Positions 19,120 to 30,279 are shown, counted from the stretch's first letter. The stretch is DNA of 64,000 nt from Anaerohalosphaeraceae bacterium (GCA_963675525.2 CAXXSL010000001.1:32001-96000); one strand, 5' to 3'. The notes: generated by a model from the sequence alone, not told the origin. Numbers and translations: made by a program.

Positions 19120-20208
19120 ATGAGCCCGGATAAAAAAATTACAGCTAAAAAAATCGCAAAAGGCTGCACTGGCGGAAGTTGCCGGTTGGATATTATTACG
19201 CCGCTTGCGAAAAAGATCAATTGTCTGGACGTGAAGCGGATCGCGGATATTTGTATTGATGAAATTCCCGTTCTGATCGGGGCCAGGCTGGCATCGCTTT
19301 ACATTCTGGATGAAAACAGCGACATCTTGCATTTGGAAAAGAACAATCACCCGTTCCTGATCAATAATATTGTATCGCTGAACCAGAATCCACCGTCCCC
19401 GATGGTGGCGGCTGTTCGAAGTAAAGAGTTGCTGATTGTCAATGATCTGGATCATCATAAGGGCCCGCATATCAATCATGCCCATCGCCCGTTTTCAAAG
19501 AACTATAAAACACACTGCTGCATTATTGCGCCGTTGATCTGCCATGGCCGAGTTGTGGGCGTTCTGAACATGAGCGAAAAAGAAACCGGCGGGGTGTTTA
19601 CCGAAGAAGACATTGCGATCGTCGAATTATTCCGGCAGCTTGTGGGCGCCTCGGTCGGAAATATTAATCTGTTCGAGAAAAGCCAGCGGCAGGCCAAAAC
19701 GGACGGCTTGACGGGGATGCTGAATCACCGAACGTTTTACGAAACCCTGGAAGCCGAATTGCGGCGTGCCCAGCGGTACGGCGGCAAACTGTCGATCATT
19801 ATGGCCGATATCGACAATCTCAAACCAATCAATGACAATTACGGTCACCGCGCCGGGGATATGACAATCAAGCAAATAGCCCGCCGGATCGGCGCCTGTA
19901 TTCGACAAATCGATGTGGCCGCACGCTATGGCGGCGACGAATTTTGCATCATTTTACCAAACACGTCTTTGGTGGATGCGACATTGGTGGCCGAGCGTAT
20001 GGTAAACATGGTCAAGGAAACGCCGCTGATCTGGGAGCAGAGCAAGGTGCCGCTGTCAATGAGCGTGGGGGTTGCCCAGTTTGACGGCGAGAACTGCGCG
20101 GGGGACGTCGCCAAAACGACCGACCAGGCTTTGTATGCGGCCAAGCAGGCCGGCAAGGGCCGGGTGTATGTCTTTGATCAGCAGGAAATCCAGGAAATCA
20201 GCGCCTAA
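19120..20208 (+). CDS. GAF-GGDEF diguanylate cyclase
   Basis: GAF domain (APLICHGRVVGVL), TDGLTG, intact RYGGDEF and an RxxD I-site (RQID). Confidence 0.93.
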   Translation: MSPDKKITAKKIAKGCTGGSCRLDIITPLAKKINCLDVKRIADICIDEIPVLIGARLASLYILDENSDILHLEKNNHPFLINNIVSLNQNPPSPMVAAVRSKELLIVNDLDHHKGPHINHAHRPFSKNYKTHCCIIAPLICHGRVVGVLNMSEKETGGVFTEEDIAIVELFRQLVGASVGNINLFEKSQRQAKTDGLTGMLNHRTFYETLEAELRRAQRYGGKLSIIMADIDNLKPINDNYGHRAGDMTIKQIARRIGACIRQIDVAARYGGDEFCIILPNTSLVDATLVAERMVNMVKETPLIWEQSKVPLSMSVGVAQFDGENCAGDVAKTTDQALYAAKQAGKGRVYVFDQQEIQEISA

Positions 20209-20256
20209 AACACGTTCGTTGTTCGTACCTTTTCACAAGTACGGGTTTTCACCATC

Positions 20257-20751
20257 CTATTGTTCGGAATTTTCCTGTCGGCGTCGCTGAAAAAATGCCT
20301 GGAGTTGTGCTTTGCAGTCTTGCTGCAGCGTTCCGGCGGTTACCTGGAGCCGATGATTTAAACGGTTGTCCTGTACAATGTTATAGAGTGATTCGACGGC
20401 TCCGGTTTTGGGGTCATCGGTGCCGTAAACCAACCGGTCCAACCGCCCCAGCACCAAAGCTCCCGCACACATTGGGCACGGTTCCAGCGTTACGTAGATC
20501 GTGCAGCCGTGCAGACGCCAGTTGCCGATGTATTCGGCGGCCTGGGTCAGGGCGATGATCTCGGCGTGAGCAGTGGGGTCCTGCAGTTGTTCCCGCTGGT
20601 TGTAGGCCTTGGCGATCACACGGTTTTCGTGAACGATGACGCAGCCGATGGGCACATCGCCGTTTTCCTCGGCAATATACGCTTGGTCGATCGCCATCCG
20701 CATGTAGCGTTCATCGTCCAGATTATTGGTCGTTAAGGGTTGCTCTGTCAT
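20257..20751 (-). CDS. tadA: tRNA adenosine(34) deaminase
   Basis: [20 protein letters not shown] and DPKTGA motifs. Start could be 20778. Confidence 0.93.
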   Translation of the reverse strand: MTEQPLTTNNLDDERYMRMAIDQAYIAEENGDVPIGCVIVHENRVIAKAYNQREQLQDPTAHAEIIALTQAAEYIGNWRLHGCTIYVTLEPCPMCAGALVLGRLDRLVYGTDDPKTGAVESLYNIVQDNRLNHRLQVTAGTLQQDCKAQLQAFFQRRRQENSEQ

Positions 20752-20759
20752 GGATTGTC

Positions 20760-21080
20760 TCAGCAGTTGTCTTTCCATTTATGATTGGGGCTTCGTTTTT
20801 CATATTCTGCGGCGGCTTTTTTGGTAATCGTGTGCCAAGGCACGCCTTTTTTGGCGCCGACCAGTGTGGCCAGTGCGCACCTGCACAGCGACGGGTCAAC
20901 TTTTTCGAGCATTTCTTCGTACAATTCATACGGGTCACGCGCTAGAAACTCCTGGCGGGTGGTAATTCCGATCCGGCCGAGCTTTTCTACAAAGGCCTTG
21001 CCGATATTGGGCAGGGATAATAGCGAATTATGGGTTGATCTTGGTTTCATGGCGATGCTGAAATTGGGTTCGTTTGTCAT
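20760..21080 (-). CDS. TfoX C-terminal / helix-hairpin-helix protein
   Basis: [10 protein letters not shown]...LGRIGITT...GVPW. Confidence 0.75.
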   Translation of the reverse strand: MTNEPNFSIAMKPRSTHNSLLSLPNIGKAFVEKLGRIGITTRQEFLARDPYELYEEMLEKVDPSLCRCALATLVGAKKGVPWHTITKKAAAEYEKRSPNHKWKDNC

Positions 21081-21724
21081 TTTTTATCCTCCACAGATAT
21101 TTAGACTACTGGGGACATCGATGCCGCAGATGATTGTTGTTGCTGTTTCGAATTTTCAAAGACCGTATTCCAATTTTTCGTTTTTGCCGAGTCTCCGACG
21201 CACAAGGGATATTATAGCAGGCCGGGGTTTTTATTGCGGCTGTTTTTTAAGATTTTTTTGCCACACATTAAACATATATTGTTGCTGATTTTTAACCGCT
21301 GAAGACGTGAAATGACACGGATTTATGATTTTAGACGGTTATTGTGATGAATTTTCACTAGATAGAGCCGCACACGAAGAAGAACGACAAAAACACAACC
21401 CCTTTTTGACTCCTGTATCTGATGTTGCAACAGAATGGCATTTAAAACTTCTGATAATATACATGTTTTGATAAGGCTGGACACGATCATTCATAACCTG
21501 AGAGCAGGCAGAGTGCTAACATAGGGCTACACATTGGGGCAGGAATTTACTGACAGAACAATACATCTTACTGGCAGGAAGAAAAGGCAATTCCTCCGTG
21601 AATTACCCTCTCTATCTCCCCTCACTATAGAAAACCTGTCGGCTCGGTTTGAGCCGAAGGGCTAAAGTGTCGAATCTTCATCTAGATGCCGTTAGGGTAC
21701 GGGGTCGATGAAATTCGACTGCGG

Positions 21725-22879
21725 TTAATCCAGGTTCAGGACAATCCGAAAACCGGTGCTGATGAGCCGAGAGTTCGGGACACGGCTACTGCGGGCCGAT
21801 ACTCGACAACCCGGTGCGGTGGTATTATAAGCGCCGCCGCGCTGAATACGTTCCGTTCCGCCGGCAGGGCCCGGAGGATTCTCATAGGGGCTGTTATAAT
21901 AGTACATCCAGTCCGCCCAATCGTTACACCACTCGGCGGCATTGCCACACATATCATACAGACCATAACCATTGGCAAAAAAGCTGCCCACAGGGGCGGT
22001 ATATGGCTGGTCACCGTCCTCCCAGTCAGGATGGTAACCGTAGTATGGGTAGGGCGGATTCACATCGTATGTGTATGCGGCCGAGTCGGCATAATGATTG
22101 GCAAGGCTGTGACTGATCGTATCGCCCCATGGAAATCGATAATAGGGACTGTACTGACCGCCGCGTGCGGCGTGTTCCCATTCCGCTTCAGTGGGCAATC
22201 GATAGCCATGTGTTGAAAGATTACATTCCCATGTGGAAAGGTTGTAGCAGCTTGCCTTGCCGGTCTGGGCACTGAGCCAGTTGCAGTAAGCAACCGCACC
22301 GTACCAGCTTACCGCGACAACGGAATCGTTGGACATGTCACGTGGCGGGTCGCCCTTGGTCCCGACGCTGAAAGTCCCGCTTGTATCGTCGAAGTCGATT
22401 CGGGTTGCGTACGTTTGATAGTAGGGAGAACTTTCACTTGTGTCGGTTGCGGCATACACATCCCAATACGGCCCATCCTCGACAACCTTTAACTCGTTGG
22501 CATCGTAAGCCCAATTGAGGTAATCGCAGTATTGCCGGTTCGTTATCTCGCATCGGCTCATGAAAAATGCATCGACAAATACCGTATGGATGATTTCCGA
22601 CCAGCCGCCGTCTCCGTGAGTGTCACCCATTTCAAACTCGTGATCGGGTATATAGACCAAGTCGTCCGGCAGGTCCGGGTCGGTACCGACCCATTGGCTG
22701 GCCATCGCGTCAAGGTCGCTGATACCGTAACCATTGAGCCATTGGTCGGCCAATAGGGAAAAATCCTCAAAATCGACGAAACAGTCACCGGTAAGGTCGC
22801 TCGAAGGACAACCAGCCAAGATGGGACCATTTGAAAGAAGAAACACAAAAAGCGACAAGCAAATGAGTATTTTTATCAT
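21725..22879 (-). CDS. Secreted FGE-sulfatase (SUMF1/EgtB-like) domain protein with a dockerin-like N-terminal motif
   Basis: Signal peptide; DLTGDCFVDFEDF; YRLPTEAEWE, NGYGLYDMCGNAAEW and GFR motifs; RBS GGAGG before the ATG at 22879. Confidence 0.88.
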   Translation of the reverse strand: MIKILICLSLFVFLLSNGPILAGCPSSDLTGDCFVDFEDFSLLADQWLNGYGISDLDAMASQWVGTDPDLPDDLVYIPDHEFEMGDTHGDGGWSEIIHTVFVDAFFMSRCEITNRQYCDYLNWAYDANELKVVEDGPYWDVYAATDTSESSPYYQTYATRIDFDDTSGTFSVGTKGDPPRDMSNDSVVAVSWYGAVAYCNWLSAQTGKASCYNLSTWECNLSTHGYRLPTEAEWEHAARGGQYSPYYRFPWGDTISHSLANHYADSAAYTYDVNPPYPYYGYHPDWEDGDQPYTAPVGSFFANGYGLYDMCGNAAEWCNDWADWMYYYNSPYENPPGPAGGTERIQRGGAYNTTAPGCRVSARSSRVPNSRLISTGFRIVLNLD

Positions 22880-23181
22880 CTTTCCATCCTCCCCAATAGT
22901 GGGTTTCCTTGCTGTTAATCCTATTGCCTTATTATAGCTAATCCGAGCGGGGATAATCAAGGAAAAAGGGATAAAATCCCCATCAACCATCCAAAATCAA
23001 GCATAATCTACGATATGGACATTCAGAAGGGTTTTATCTTAGTGTTGTTGTGATTTTCGGCTCAGGTCTTTTCTGCCGGTGAGTCTATCGGTAAGCAGTT
23101 GTCAGATGGCAATGGTGGGCACGGCCCACCTATGACCGGAGGCCGGGGCGGCATTCTTTCGCGGGGGGTGCTTTGGCGGTA

Positions 23182-24165
23182 TTACACACCGGGTTTTGAA
23201 AGTACTTTGATTGCCGGAGCCGTCGGAGCCTTATACGTGACATGCGTCGGTTGTTTGAAGAAAATGGTTGCGATGACGGGGAAATGATCGGACGGGTAGT
23301 GTCCATCATAGGAGCGCCGGTCGATTTTGACCGACAGCGGGATGGCGTTCTCGCAGAGCGGTATATGATCGATTTTTGGGCCAGAGGTTTTTCCGCTGAA
23401 GCCGTGACGGGTGCCGATATTGGAATTTTGAACGTTTGTCAAAGACCATGCATCGTTCATTGGTGGGTAGGGGGTGCTGTACCCGATCTTTTCGAGGTAT
23501 CTCATTGCGGGATTGTCCATTTCCATGTTGAAATCACCCATGACGACAAAGGGATCGCGTGTTTTACGTGCAGCGATTCGGCCGGCAAGCATGCGGACGC
23601 TTAATTGGCGCGAGTTTTGAGAGAGGTTGTCGAGGTGGACATTGTACACGTAAAAGCTGTTACCGTCAGTTTTGTCCATCAGATGGACCCAACTGCAGAT
23701 TCGCGGCCACAGGTTGCCCCAGTCTTTTGAGCCGGGCTTTGAGGGCGTGTTTGAGAACCAGAACGTGCCGGAATCGGTCAGTTGAAAGCGGTCTTTTCGA
23801 TAGAAGATAGGGCAGCTTTCACCTTTGGCGTCCCCGTCATTTCTTCCGACGGCATAGGTGCCGTATTGGGGCATCGCTCGCCGGATATCCTGGAGTTGTT
23901 TGTTTTTTGCCTCCTGCAACCCGAAGATATCGGCGCTGTTGTCGGTGAGTGTATCGATCACAAGTGGTTTACGTTGTTTCCAACGGTGCCAGCCGTCGAG
24001 CATCGTATCTACACGAATATTGAAGGTCATGACTTTCATTTCACCCGAATGAGATGGCGTAAAGCGGATTATCCGGGGTGCCGTTTGTGAGCGGGCGGGG
24101 CAGTTGGAAACAAGCGTCAACGTAATTGTTAAAAAACAGATAGCTGCCAATCTTAATGGTTTCAT
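23182..24165 (-). CDS. Secreted endonuclease/exonuclease/phosphatase (EEP) family protein
   Basis: MTFNIR, GLQE, GDFN, IDHI and PSDHFPV motifs. Confidence 0.9.
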   Translation of the reverse strand: MKPLRLAAICFLTITLTLVSNCPARSQTAPRIIRFTPSHSGEMKVMTFNIRVDTMLDGWHRWKQRKPLVIDTLTDNSADIFGLQEAKNKQLQDIRRAMPQYGTYAVGRNDGDAKGESCPIFYRKDRFQLTDSGTFWFSNTPSKPGSKDWGNLWPRICSWVHLMDKTDGNSFYVYNVHLDNLSQNSRQLSVRMLAGRIAARKTRDPFVVMGDFNMEMDNPAMRYLEKIGYSTPYPPMNDAWSLTNVQNSNIGTRHGFSGKTSGPKIDHIPLCENAIPLSVKIDRRSYDGHYPSDHFPVIATIFFKQPTHVTYKAPTAPAIKVLSKPGV

Positions 24166-24529
24166 ATTTTGGTTTCCTGGTCATCACACCTCATGGGCGG
24201 ATTTTAAAAATCTGAATACACGCTACCTGCCCACAATGACATCAATGGTTTTATTGTGGCAGATAGCTCACTGGTTGCCGAACAAAAATCCCCTCATGTT
24301 TAAGAACGGCATAGTCTACGGGAATCTTTAAAAAATGAAAGAAAAAAATATATTCTTAACAAAGCCAAACAGCCCTTAATTGAGGTAATGGATAAACTAT
24401 CAAAAAAGACTTTTTTCAGCGACATCCATTTTGTCGTAGGCGGTTTTTTAAATTGCTTCTGAAATGGCGAAAGGATAAAAGTTCTTGTAAAATTAAGGAG
24501 GTTGTGGGTAGAATGTCAATAGAGTAAAA

Positions 24530-25648
24530 GTGCGAGGAAGTGTCTTGAACTTCATTGAAGAGCAAGAAATGAATGACAGGCGAAATACAAAAACGGACGT
24601 ATTCTTTTGGCTCCTGTTCCTTGGCGTGTTAGCGATCGTCTCGCTAAGCGGCTGTCAGACAGGGAAATACCCGCGACTGCGGGTCGGGGAATTTTTCGGA
24701 TCCCCTGTAAAAATGCGATTTCCCGATCCGAATCATTTGGGCCGTCATCACTATGATGACCCGGAGGGAGAAAGGATCGGGATGGTTTACACCTGCGGCG
24801 GGGGATTCATTGATATCGGCCACCTGCGGGAGGCCGCGGATCGAACGGCCTACCTGGCGTCTGTGACCAATCGAAACCTGTTGCTTGACCAAACCGTCTT
24901 TCGCTTTCAGGTGATCGAACCGTCGCGGTATTGGGTTACCATTTCGTACCCTGAAAACTGGGATGATCTCTCCACCGAAGAACGGTCGAAAATCGCAGGA
25001 GAGGTGTCGATTTTGCTGGGGCAGTATTTCGCGAGAACCAGCTTGATCTGGCATGAAATCCTGACCTGGTACGGTTTTTCTTCGACGGGGTTATTTTCAG
25101 AAAATATCTCCGCGTTTTCATGGGAAGATCCCTATTCAGATCTTCTGGGAACGTGTCTTGCCGTGTGGGCCTTGCGTGACGATGGGCAGACGTATGACGA
25201 TGCGATGACGGAACTCATCGATCGAACTCTTCGTGAACTGGATGTTCAGCCCTCTGAGGTTGCGCAGCAAGCGGCCCAGCAAATCAAAGGCCGATGGTTC
25301 AGCGGTGGATATTATTTTTTTGTTGATATGAAGATTCGTAATTACGATGTTGGTCTGGATGATGGGCGGATTACTCCCCGTTTGGTGCCGGGAATCTGTC
25401 CGGATGCGGAACCACAGCCCTGCCTGGCACCCAGCCTGGATATTCTGACGGAATACGGGTTTAAAATGGAGCTGGAAATTGAACCGCGGGTTATGGAGAA
25501 AACTCCGATATACCATGATCTTCAGTTAAAGAATCCGGATGACCGCATTCGGCCGGCGGATCACTTTCCGGAAATCATGAGATGCATCAAACGTCATGCA
25601 AATACCTCCGGCGAAAATGAAAAAGAGTCGTTTTCTATAAGAAGATAA
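24530..25648 (+). CDS. DUF4056-type lipoprotein
   Basis: Lipobox LSGC; GMVYTCGGGFIDIGHLREAAD, WHEI.TWYG and SAFS.ED.YS motifs. Likely start about 24569. Confidence 0.75.
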   Translation: MRGSVLNFIEEQEMNDRRNTKTDVFFWLLFLGVLAIVSLSGCQTGKYPRLRVGEFFGSPVKMRFPDPNHLGRHHYDDPEGERIGMVYTCGGGFIDIGHLREAADRTAYLASVTNRNLLLDQTVFRFQVIEPSRYWVTISYPENWDDLSTEERSKIAGEVSILLGQYFARTSLIWHEILTWYGFSSTGLFSENISAFSWEDPYSDLLGTCLAVWALRDDGQTYDDAMTELIDRTLRELDVQPSEVAQQAAQQIKGRWFSGGYYFFVDMKIRNYDVGLDDGRITPRLVPGICPDAEPQPCLAPSLDILTEYGFKMELEIEPRVMEKTPIYHDLQLKNPDDRIRPADHFPEIMRCIKRHANTSGENEKESFSIRR

Positions 25649-25794
25649 CCAGTGCCCTAAATACATCTTGTGATAAAAAAATAACTTGACTTAATCCGGA
25701 TAAGAGATAGACTGATACTAGTATTACTGTGAAGCCATCTATTGGAGGAGACTTCACAAAAGAGAAGGAAAATAGTATTTTGGAGAGAGGAAGA

Positions 25795-26265
25795 ATGAAA
25801 AAAATAGTACCAATTCTTATGATGACCCTCTTTATCGGTGGAATCATCTCATCAGCGAATGCCGCTTTGATGTTGGTCCCGGTGGATCTCAAACAAGCAA
25901 CATTATTAACGGATTCTCCGGGCTCCTTTTTGGGTTGCTATCTATCCATTTCTTCTGAGGTTGATTACATCATCGAGCCGACGGCCCCGATAACGATCGA
26001 GCTTCTTGACGATTTGGGTGATGGGCTGGATTGGATCTATGTTTACAACACAGGTCCGCTGCAGGTTCCCGATAATCCACTCGTTACGATCACACTGACA
26101 GACCTCGAGGTATTCGTTGATACAAATGCTTATTATGAAATGGGTCTTTGGGACGATGCGGCCGTTGAACAATTAGACAGCCTCGGCATCACCGTTCCCG
26201 AACCGGCGACAGTGTTGCTACTGGGTTTGGGTGGTTTGGTGGCGAGGAAACGCAAGAGGGATTAA
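25795..26265 (+). CDS. PEP-CTERM sorting-domain protein
   Basis: Signal peptide; C-terminal VPEPATVLLLGLGGLVARKRKRD. Confidence 0.9.
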   Translation: MKKIVPILMMTLFIGGIISSANAALMLVPVDLKQATLLTDSPGSFLGCYLSISSEVDYIIEPTAPITIELLDDLGDGLDWIYVYNTGPLQVPDNPLVTITLTDLEVFVDTNAYYEMGLWDDAAVEQLDSLGITVPEPATVLLLGLGGLVARKRKRD

Positions 26266-26426
26266 GGTAAAAAAAAGACGACCCCAACAGACTATTTTAA
26301 AGAAATGCGAGGAAAATTATTTAAAGCATTTCTTCTTTACCCAAATAGCACCGTTGCGACATCTTCCATGCGATCTTGTCTTGTGCGCAGCCATTGGCAG
26401 TTTAAACTGTGCTGATATCCTAAGTC

Positions 26427-29400
26427 TTAATCTACACTCTGGTATATACTTTGTATTTGTGCGGCGGAAAGGGTTTCGTCATAAATCCGAACCTCGTCGA
26501 TGAGTCCCTCAAAATATCTTTCTCCAATGTAATACATCCCGATCTGCACGTTTTGGTAGCTGCCCGTATTAACCGGTTCATCAACAGATGCGCTGATCGT
26601 CTCAAGATTACCGTCAACGTACAGCCGCACTTCTGTAATATCGGGAGAGCCGTCATTTTCCAGAACGACCGCGATATGGTGCCATGTATCGTCATTGATC
26701 AGCGTAGAGCCGATGATATTGCCGCCGTTTACTTCCGCGCGAAGTTGCCCCCCCTCATTGACACGGATCACCCAGCGACCGCCATTGTAATCTTCGCCCC
26801 AGCTGATAATCTCGTCGGTTGGCTGGATTGTTTTGATCCAGGCGGTACACGTCCGGCTGGCACCGCCGGAGATGCCTTTGTAACCGGTGATTTCCACGTA
26901 ATCGTCAAGGCCGTCAAATTCGATTGCGCCACCGGTGATACCCGACGACCGGGCCGGATTATTGATCAGCAGACCTGACCGAGCATAGATTGAATTGTCT
27001 TGGGCCGTATCCCCATTTATTTCATCAAACTTTAAATAGAGTTGTTGTTCTCCCATGTACAACCAGTCTTCGGCAAGCAATGCAAAATCCAATAAATTCA
27101 CAACACCATCTCCGCCCGGTTCAAGTGCGATATCAGCCGAGGGAACCTGCGGTGTTTGCAGCCATTGGTTAGCCATAATCGAAAAATCCTTTAAATTTAC
27201 AGCTCCGTCGCCGTTAATATCGCTGCCTGTATAAACCGTAATACCGTTGTGAACATCCGACGAAGTGAGCAGGTTGCCGTTTTGGTCTTCGACGTCCACT
27301 CGAATCTGTGTTGTGCCCCCATTGGGAATGCCGGTTATGTTCCATTTACACTCATAGGGTGCTGATGGATCAGAACTGATCGTGTGCCATGAACCATCCT
27401 GATAATATCTGAATGTTACTTGGCTGACACCACCGGAGCCGCGGTCTCCGGCCACGGCTGAGAGCGTTACAGGACTGGCAATGGAGGTGTAAACATCTGG
27501 ATCGTAAATGTGGCACCACGGGTCAAAGGTATCGCCGCCCGATGACGATTCATAAACAATACCTCCAAGCCAGGATACCGGTGTCGCCGATTTACCGGCG
27601 TTGTCGAAGACGTCGGCGGTTAACGATATTTTCTGGCTGTTGCTCATGCTCGGATACCATGTGATGGCGTAAGGTGCCGTCGTATCAGTACCCAGAAAAT
27701 GCCATCCGCCATCATAATTACCCCAGAATTCGACACGATTTACCCCCGAGACATCATCCTCCGCGTCTGCGCTGATAGTTACTGCTTGTCCTTGGGTAAT
27801 GACATCGCCGCCCCAGGGTGCCGTAAATACAGCGGTTGGGTTTTTGGTATCAGTTGGACTTGAACTGAGTACAATACCCGCATGATAATCCGCCGGCCCG
27901 ATGGTGTTGTTGTTATTATCAACGATATCGATTGTTATCCATCGTGTCGAGTTCACATAGCTGGAAAGGTCGACATTAAGTGTATAGACACCGTTCGTTG
28001 GCGTATAGACTTCTCCCAACAAGGTATTTGTCCCGCCCGGATCGGAAGGCGAGCCTTGTATCCAGAACTTGACCCGGTTGACTCCGCTGGAACTGTCCCA
28101 TGCACGTGCTTTAAGGGTGACTGTTTGCGAGGTATCGATCGTCGTGTCCACGGGCGGGAATTCGATAGAGCCGTAACTGTTGGTGACATCGCCTGCACTG
28201 CGTTCGAGCGTTGAACCACCGTCCGAGAGCAGGGCGGCCGCGGATGTCTTTTCTATTCCCTTGTTGTCAGTAACGTCAACGCGAAATTCAACAGCCTGAT
28301 CAGACACGGACGAAATATTCCACACATAGGAGTAAGGAGCGGTAGAGTCTGTATTTAACAGTCTCCACGCGGTTGATGAGCCGTTATTGTAATTGGCCCA
28401 GAATTCCACATAATCGACGGTGGTGTCGTCTGCGCAGACGGCATCTGCCGAAAGCGTAACGGACGTTACCTGTCCGGTGCCTGTTCCGGCGGATGGAGAT
28501 GTCAGCCATGCATCCGGTTTACGGTTGATCGTCGGCGAAGCGTCCTGATTGATGAGAATGGCAACGATATCTTTATCAAAGTTGGGCAGGCTTGTGGTTA
28601 CAGTGCCGGAAACGGCCGCGGTGTCTTCGGCGCTGATAAGCTCGCCGGTATAGGAATTAAAATACTTCACCCGGTATATTCCGGCGGTCATGTTGGTAAC
28701 GTTCAGATCCGCTCCGCTGATGGTGCCGGTCGTATACCGTGAATCCTGCAGGATGAATACCAGGGCGGTATAGGAATCTCCGCAGGCCATATCGATGACC
28801 GTATGACCGCCGGTGTTTGTAACGGAAACGTTACTGTCGATATTGTCTGAAGCAAACTGCGACCACTTGATATGTTTGATAATTCGACTCATTCCCAGTA
28901 CGGAATCGAACATCTCATCCGTCGGACCTTGAAACAGCCGGAAAGGCCACCTTAGATTACTGCCTGCTCCGCCGCTGGCCAGATGTGCCCATATCATGTT
29001 ATGGTAGTATTCGTTATCGAAGTTTACGTCGGCCAGTCCGCCGCTGATCGGACCTGATTCCGAGTCGAAAAAAGGCCGCATATCGCCGGCGACAAACTGA
29101 TCCAATGCAAGGTTGACGTATTGATTGACGACCACTGCCGAGGCGATAACATTCGCCGGATCAGCGATTTCTGTGTAATACATGTGGTTCGTGGCGAAGT
29201 CACAGTTGGGGTGCTGGAAAACCGCATACTTAAGGTCTCCCGATGTCGGGCAGCCGGCGGTATTGAGCGTGATCATATGATTTTTTCCCCACGTCTGCCG
29301 CTCGTATTGTGTCAGCCATGAAGTCATCCGGTCCGTCCAGGCCCGTATCTCCGACCCGCTCGGTCCACCCCACCACAGATCGACTTCGTTCATAATGTCC

Positions 29401-29993
29401 CAGGCAAACAGGTAATCCGAATTCCCGTAGCGATCCACAAACCACTTCATTCTTGCCTTTTGATATTCAAAACAGGCATCACTCGTTAGTCCGTCGCTTT
29501 CGCTGTGGCACGGACCGCCGTTGATGGCGTTATAAGGGTATTCAGCCCATGCGAAATGATGCCAGTAGTTGTCATAAGGAGTCAGCAGGATGTAGATTTT
29601 GTAGTCTTCGGCAAGTTCAAAAAGATCGTCAAAAAATTGAGCAAAGGCCGGATTAAACACCCCGACCGGATTTTCTAAAAGCAGGTAGCGATAACCGGAG
29701 TCCGGCGCCTCGCCCCAGACCCTCAGCACGTTGACACCGTGGTCGTGCATCATGTTAAAATATTCGCGCAGTGCTTCTTTATCGTAATCCCAATTGTTAA
29801 CAGGGTAGATTTGGAAGAGACTCTCAGGAAAGTCCGGCATCTGGTCGAAACCGAGCGGCAGAAAATCAGTGCCGTCTTCAAGCTGAAAATAGCGACCGCT
29901 GTCGCAGACGGTGACATAATTACTCCCGCGCACAGATGCACAGAGCGTAAAACCCAGTGTAAACAATGTTAAGTATATGATATGTTTCATCAT
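26427..29993 (-). CDS. Secreted clan-A glycoside hydrolase (GH5-like) with Ig-like repeats, dockerin-like and LamG domains
   Basis: GVNVLRVW and WDIMNE motifs; repeated 'GV.RVEF...TD..APY...W' Ig units; DINGDGAVNLKDF; FEGLIDEVRIY. Confidence 0.82.
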   Translation of the reverse strand: MMKHIIYLTLFTLGFTLCASVRGSNYVTVCDSGRYFQLEDGTDFLPLGFDQMPDFPESLFQIYPVNNWDYDKEALREYFNMMHDHGVNVLRVWGEAPDSGYRYLLLENPVGVFNPAFAQFFDDLFELAEDYKIYILLTPYDNYWHHFAWAEYPYNAINGGPCHSESDGLTSDACFEYQKARMKWFVDRYGNSDYLFAWDIMNEVDLWWGGPSGSEIRAWTDRMTSWLTQYERQTWGKNHMITLNTAGCPTSGDLKYAVFQHPNCDFATNHMYYTEIADPANVIASAVVVNQYVNLALDQFVAGDMRPFFDSESGPISGGLADVNFDNEYYHNMIWAHLASGGAGSNLRWPFRLFQGPTDEMFDSVLGMSRIIKHIKWSQFASDNIDSNVSVTNTGGHTVIDMACGDSYTALVFILQDSRYTTGTISGADLNVTNMTAGIYRVKYFNSYTGELISAEDTAAVSGTVTTSLPNFDKDIVAILINQDASPTINRKPDAWLTSPSAGTGTGQVTSVTLSADAVCADDTTVDYVEFWANYNNGSSTAWRLLNTDSTAPYSYVWNISSVSDQAVEFRVDVTDNKGIEKTSAAALLSDGGSTLERSAGDVTNSYGSIEFPPVDTTIDTSQTVTLKARAWDSSSGVNRVKFWIQGSPSDPGGTNTLLGEVYTPTNGVYTLNVDLSSYVNSTRWITIDIVDNNNNTIGPADYHAGIVLSSSPTDTKNPTAVFTAPWGGDVITQGQAVTISADAEDDVSGVNRVEFWGNYDGGWHFLGTDTTAPYAITWYPSMSNSQKISLTADVFDNAGKSATPVSWLGGIVYESSSGGDTFDPWCHIYDPDVYTSIASPVTLSAVAGDRGSGGVSQVTFRYYQDGSWHTISSDPSAPYECKWNITGIPNGGTTQIRVDVEDQNGNLLTSSDVHNGITVYTGSDINGDGAVNLKDFSIMANQWLQTPQVPSADIALEPGGDGVVNLLDFALLAEDWLYMGEQQLYLKFDEINGDTAQDNSIYARSGLLINNPARSSGITGGAIEFDGLDDYVEITGYKGISGGASRTCTAWIKTIQPTDEIISWGEDYNGGRWVIRVNEGGQLRAEVNGGNIIGSTLINDDTWHHIAVVLENDGSPDITEVRLYVDGNLETISASVDEPVNTGSYQNVQIGMYYIGERYFEGLIDEVRIYDETLSAAQIQSIYQSVD

Positions 29994-30152
29994 CTACCTT
30001 GTCTCGCCTTATAATAGCATTCTGATCGGTAAACATATTTCAGGATCACACAAAACATGACTAAAAACCCCCGCTTTCAGAATTATAGCCGACATTGTCA
30101 GCAGAGTCAAGGAAAAGGACGAACACAGGGCCGAATTGTTGAGGTAAAGACA

Positions 30153-30279
30153 ATGTAAATCGGTGTTTTTGATTCAAAAATACCCCGATGTACAGCAGAT
30201 TTTAGAGGTATGGGAAACCCTGCCTAAGCATGTCAAACAGGCCATCATGGCCCAGATCGCACCGTATCAAGAGAAATAA
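30153..30279 (+). pseudogene. Orphan copy of the integrase-tail peptide (QKYPDVQQILEVWETLPKHVKQAI...)
   Basis: Similar to QKYPELGHIIAAWPELPEHTKEAI at 33323-33433; no clear start codon. Confidence 0.65.

Noticed and set aside
21290..21690. Intergenic stretch with a hairpin near 21638-21656 and short ORFs
   Set aside because: No recognisable RNA family or coding signal could be supported.
21725..22879. FGE-domain gene as a diversity-generating retroelement target
   Set aside because: No reverse transcriptase and no template repeat of its 3' end seen in the window.
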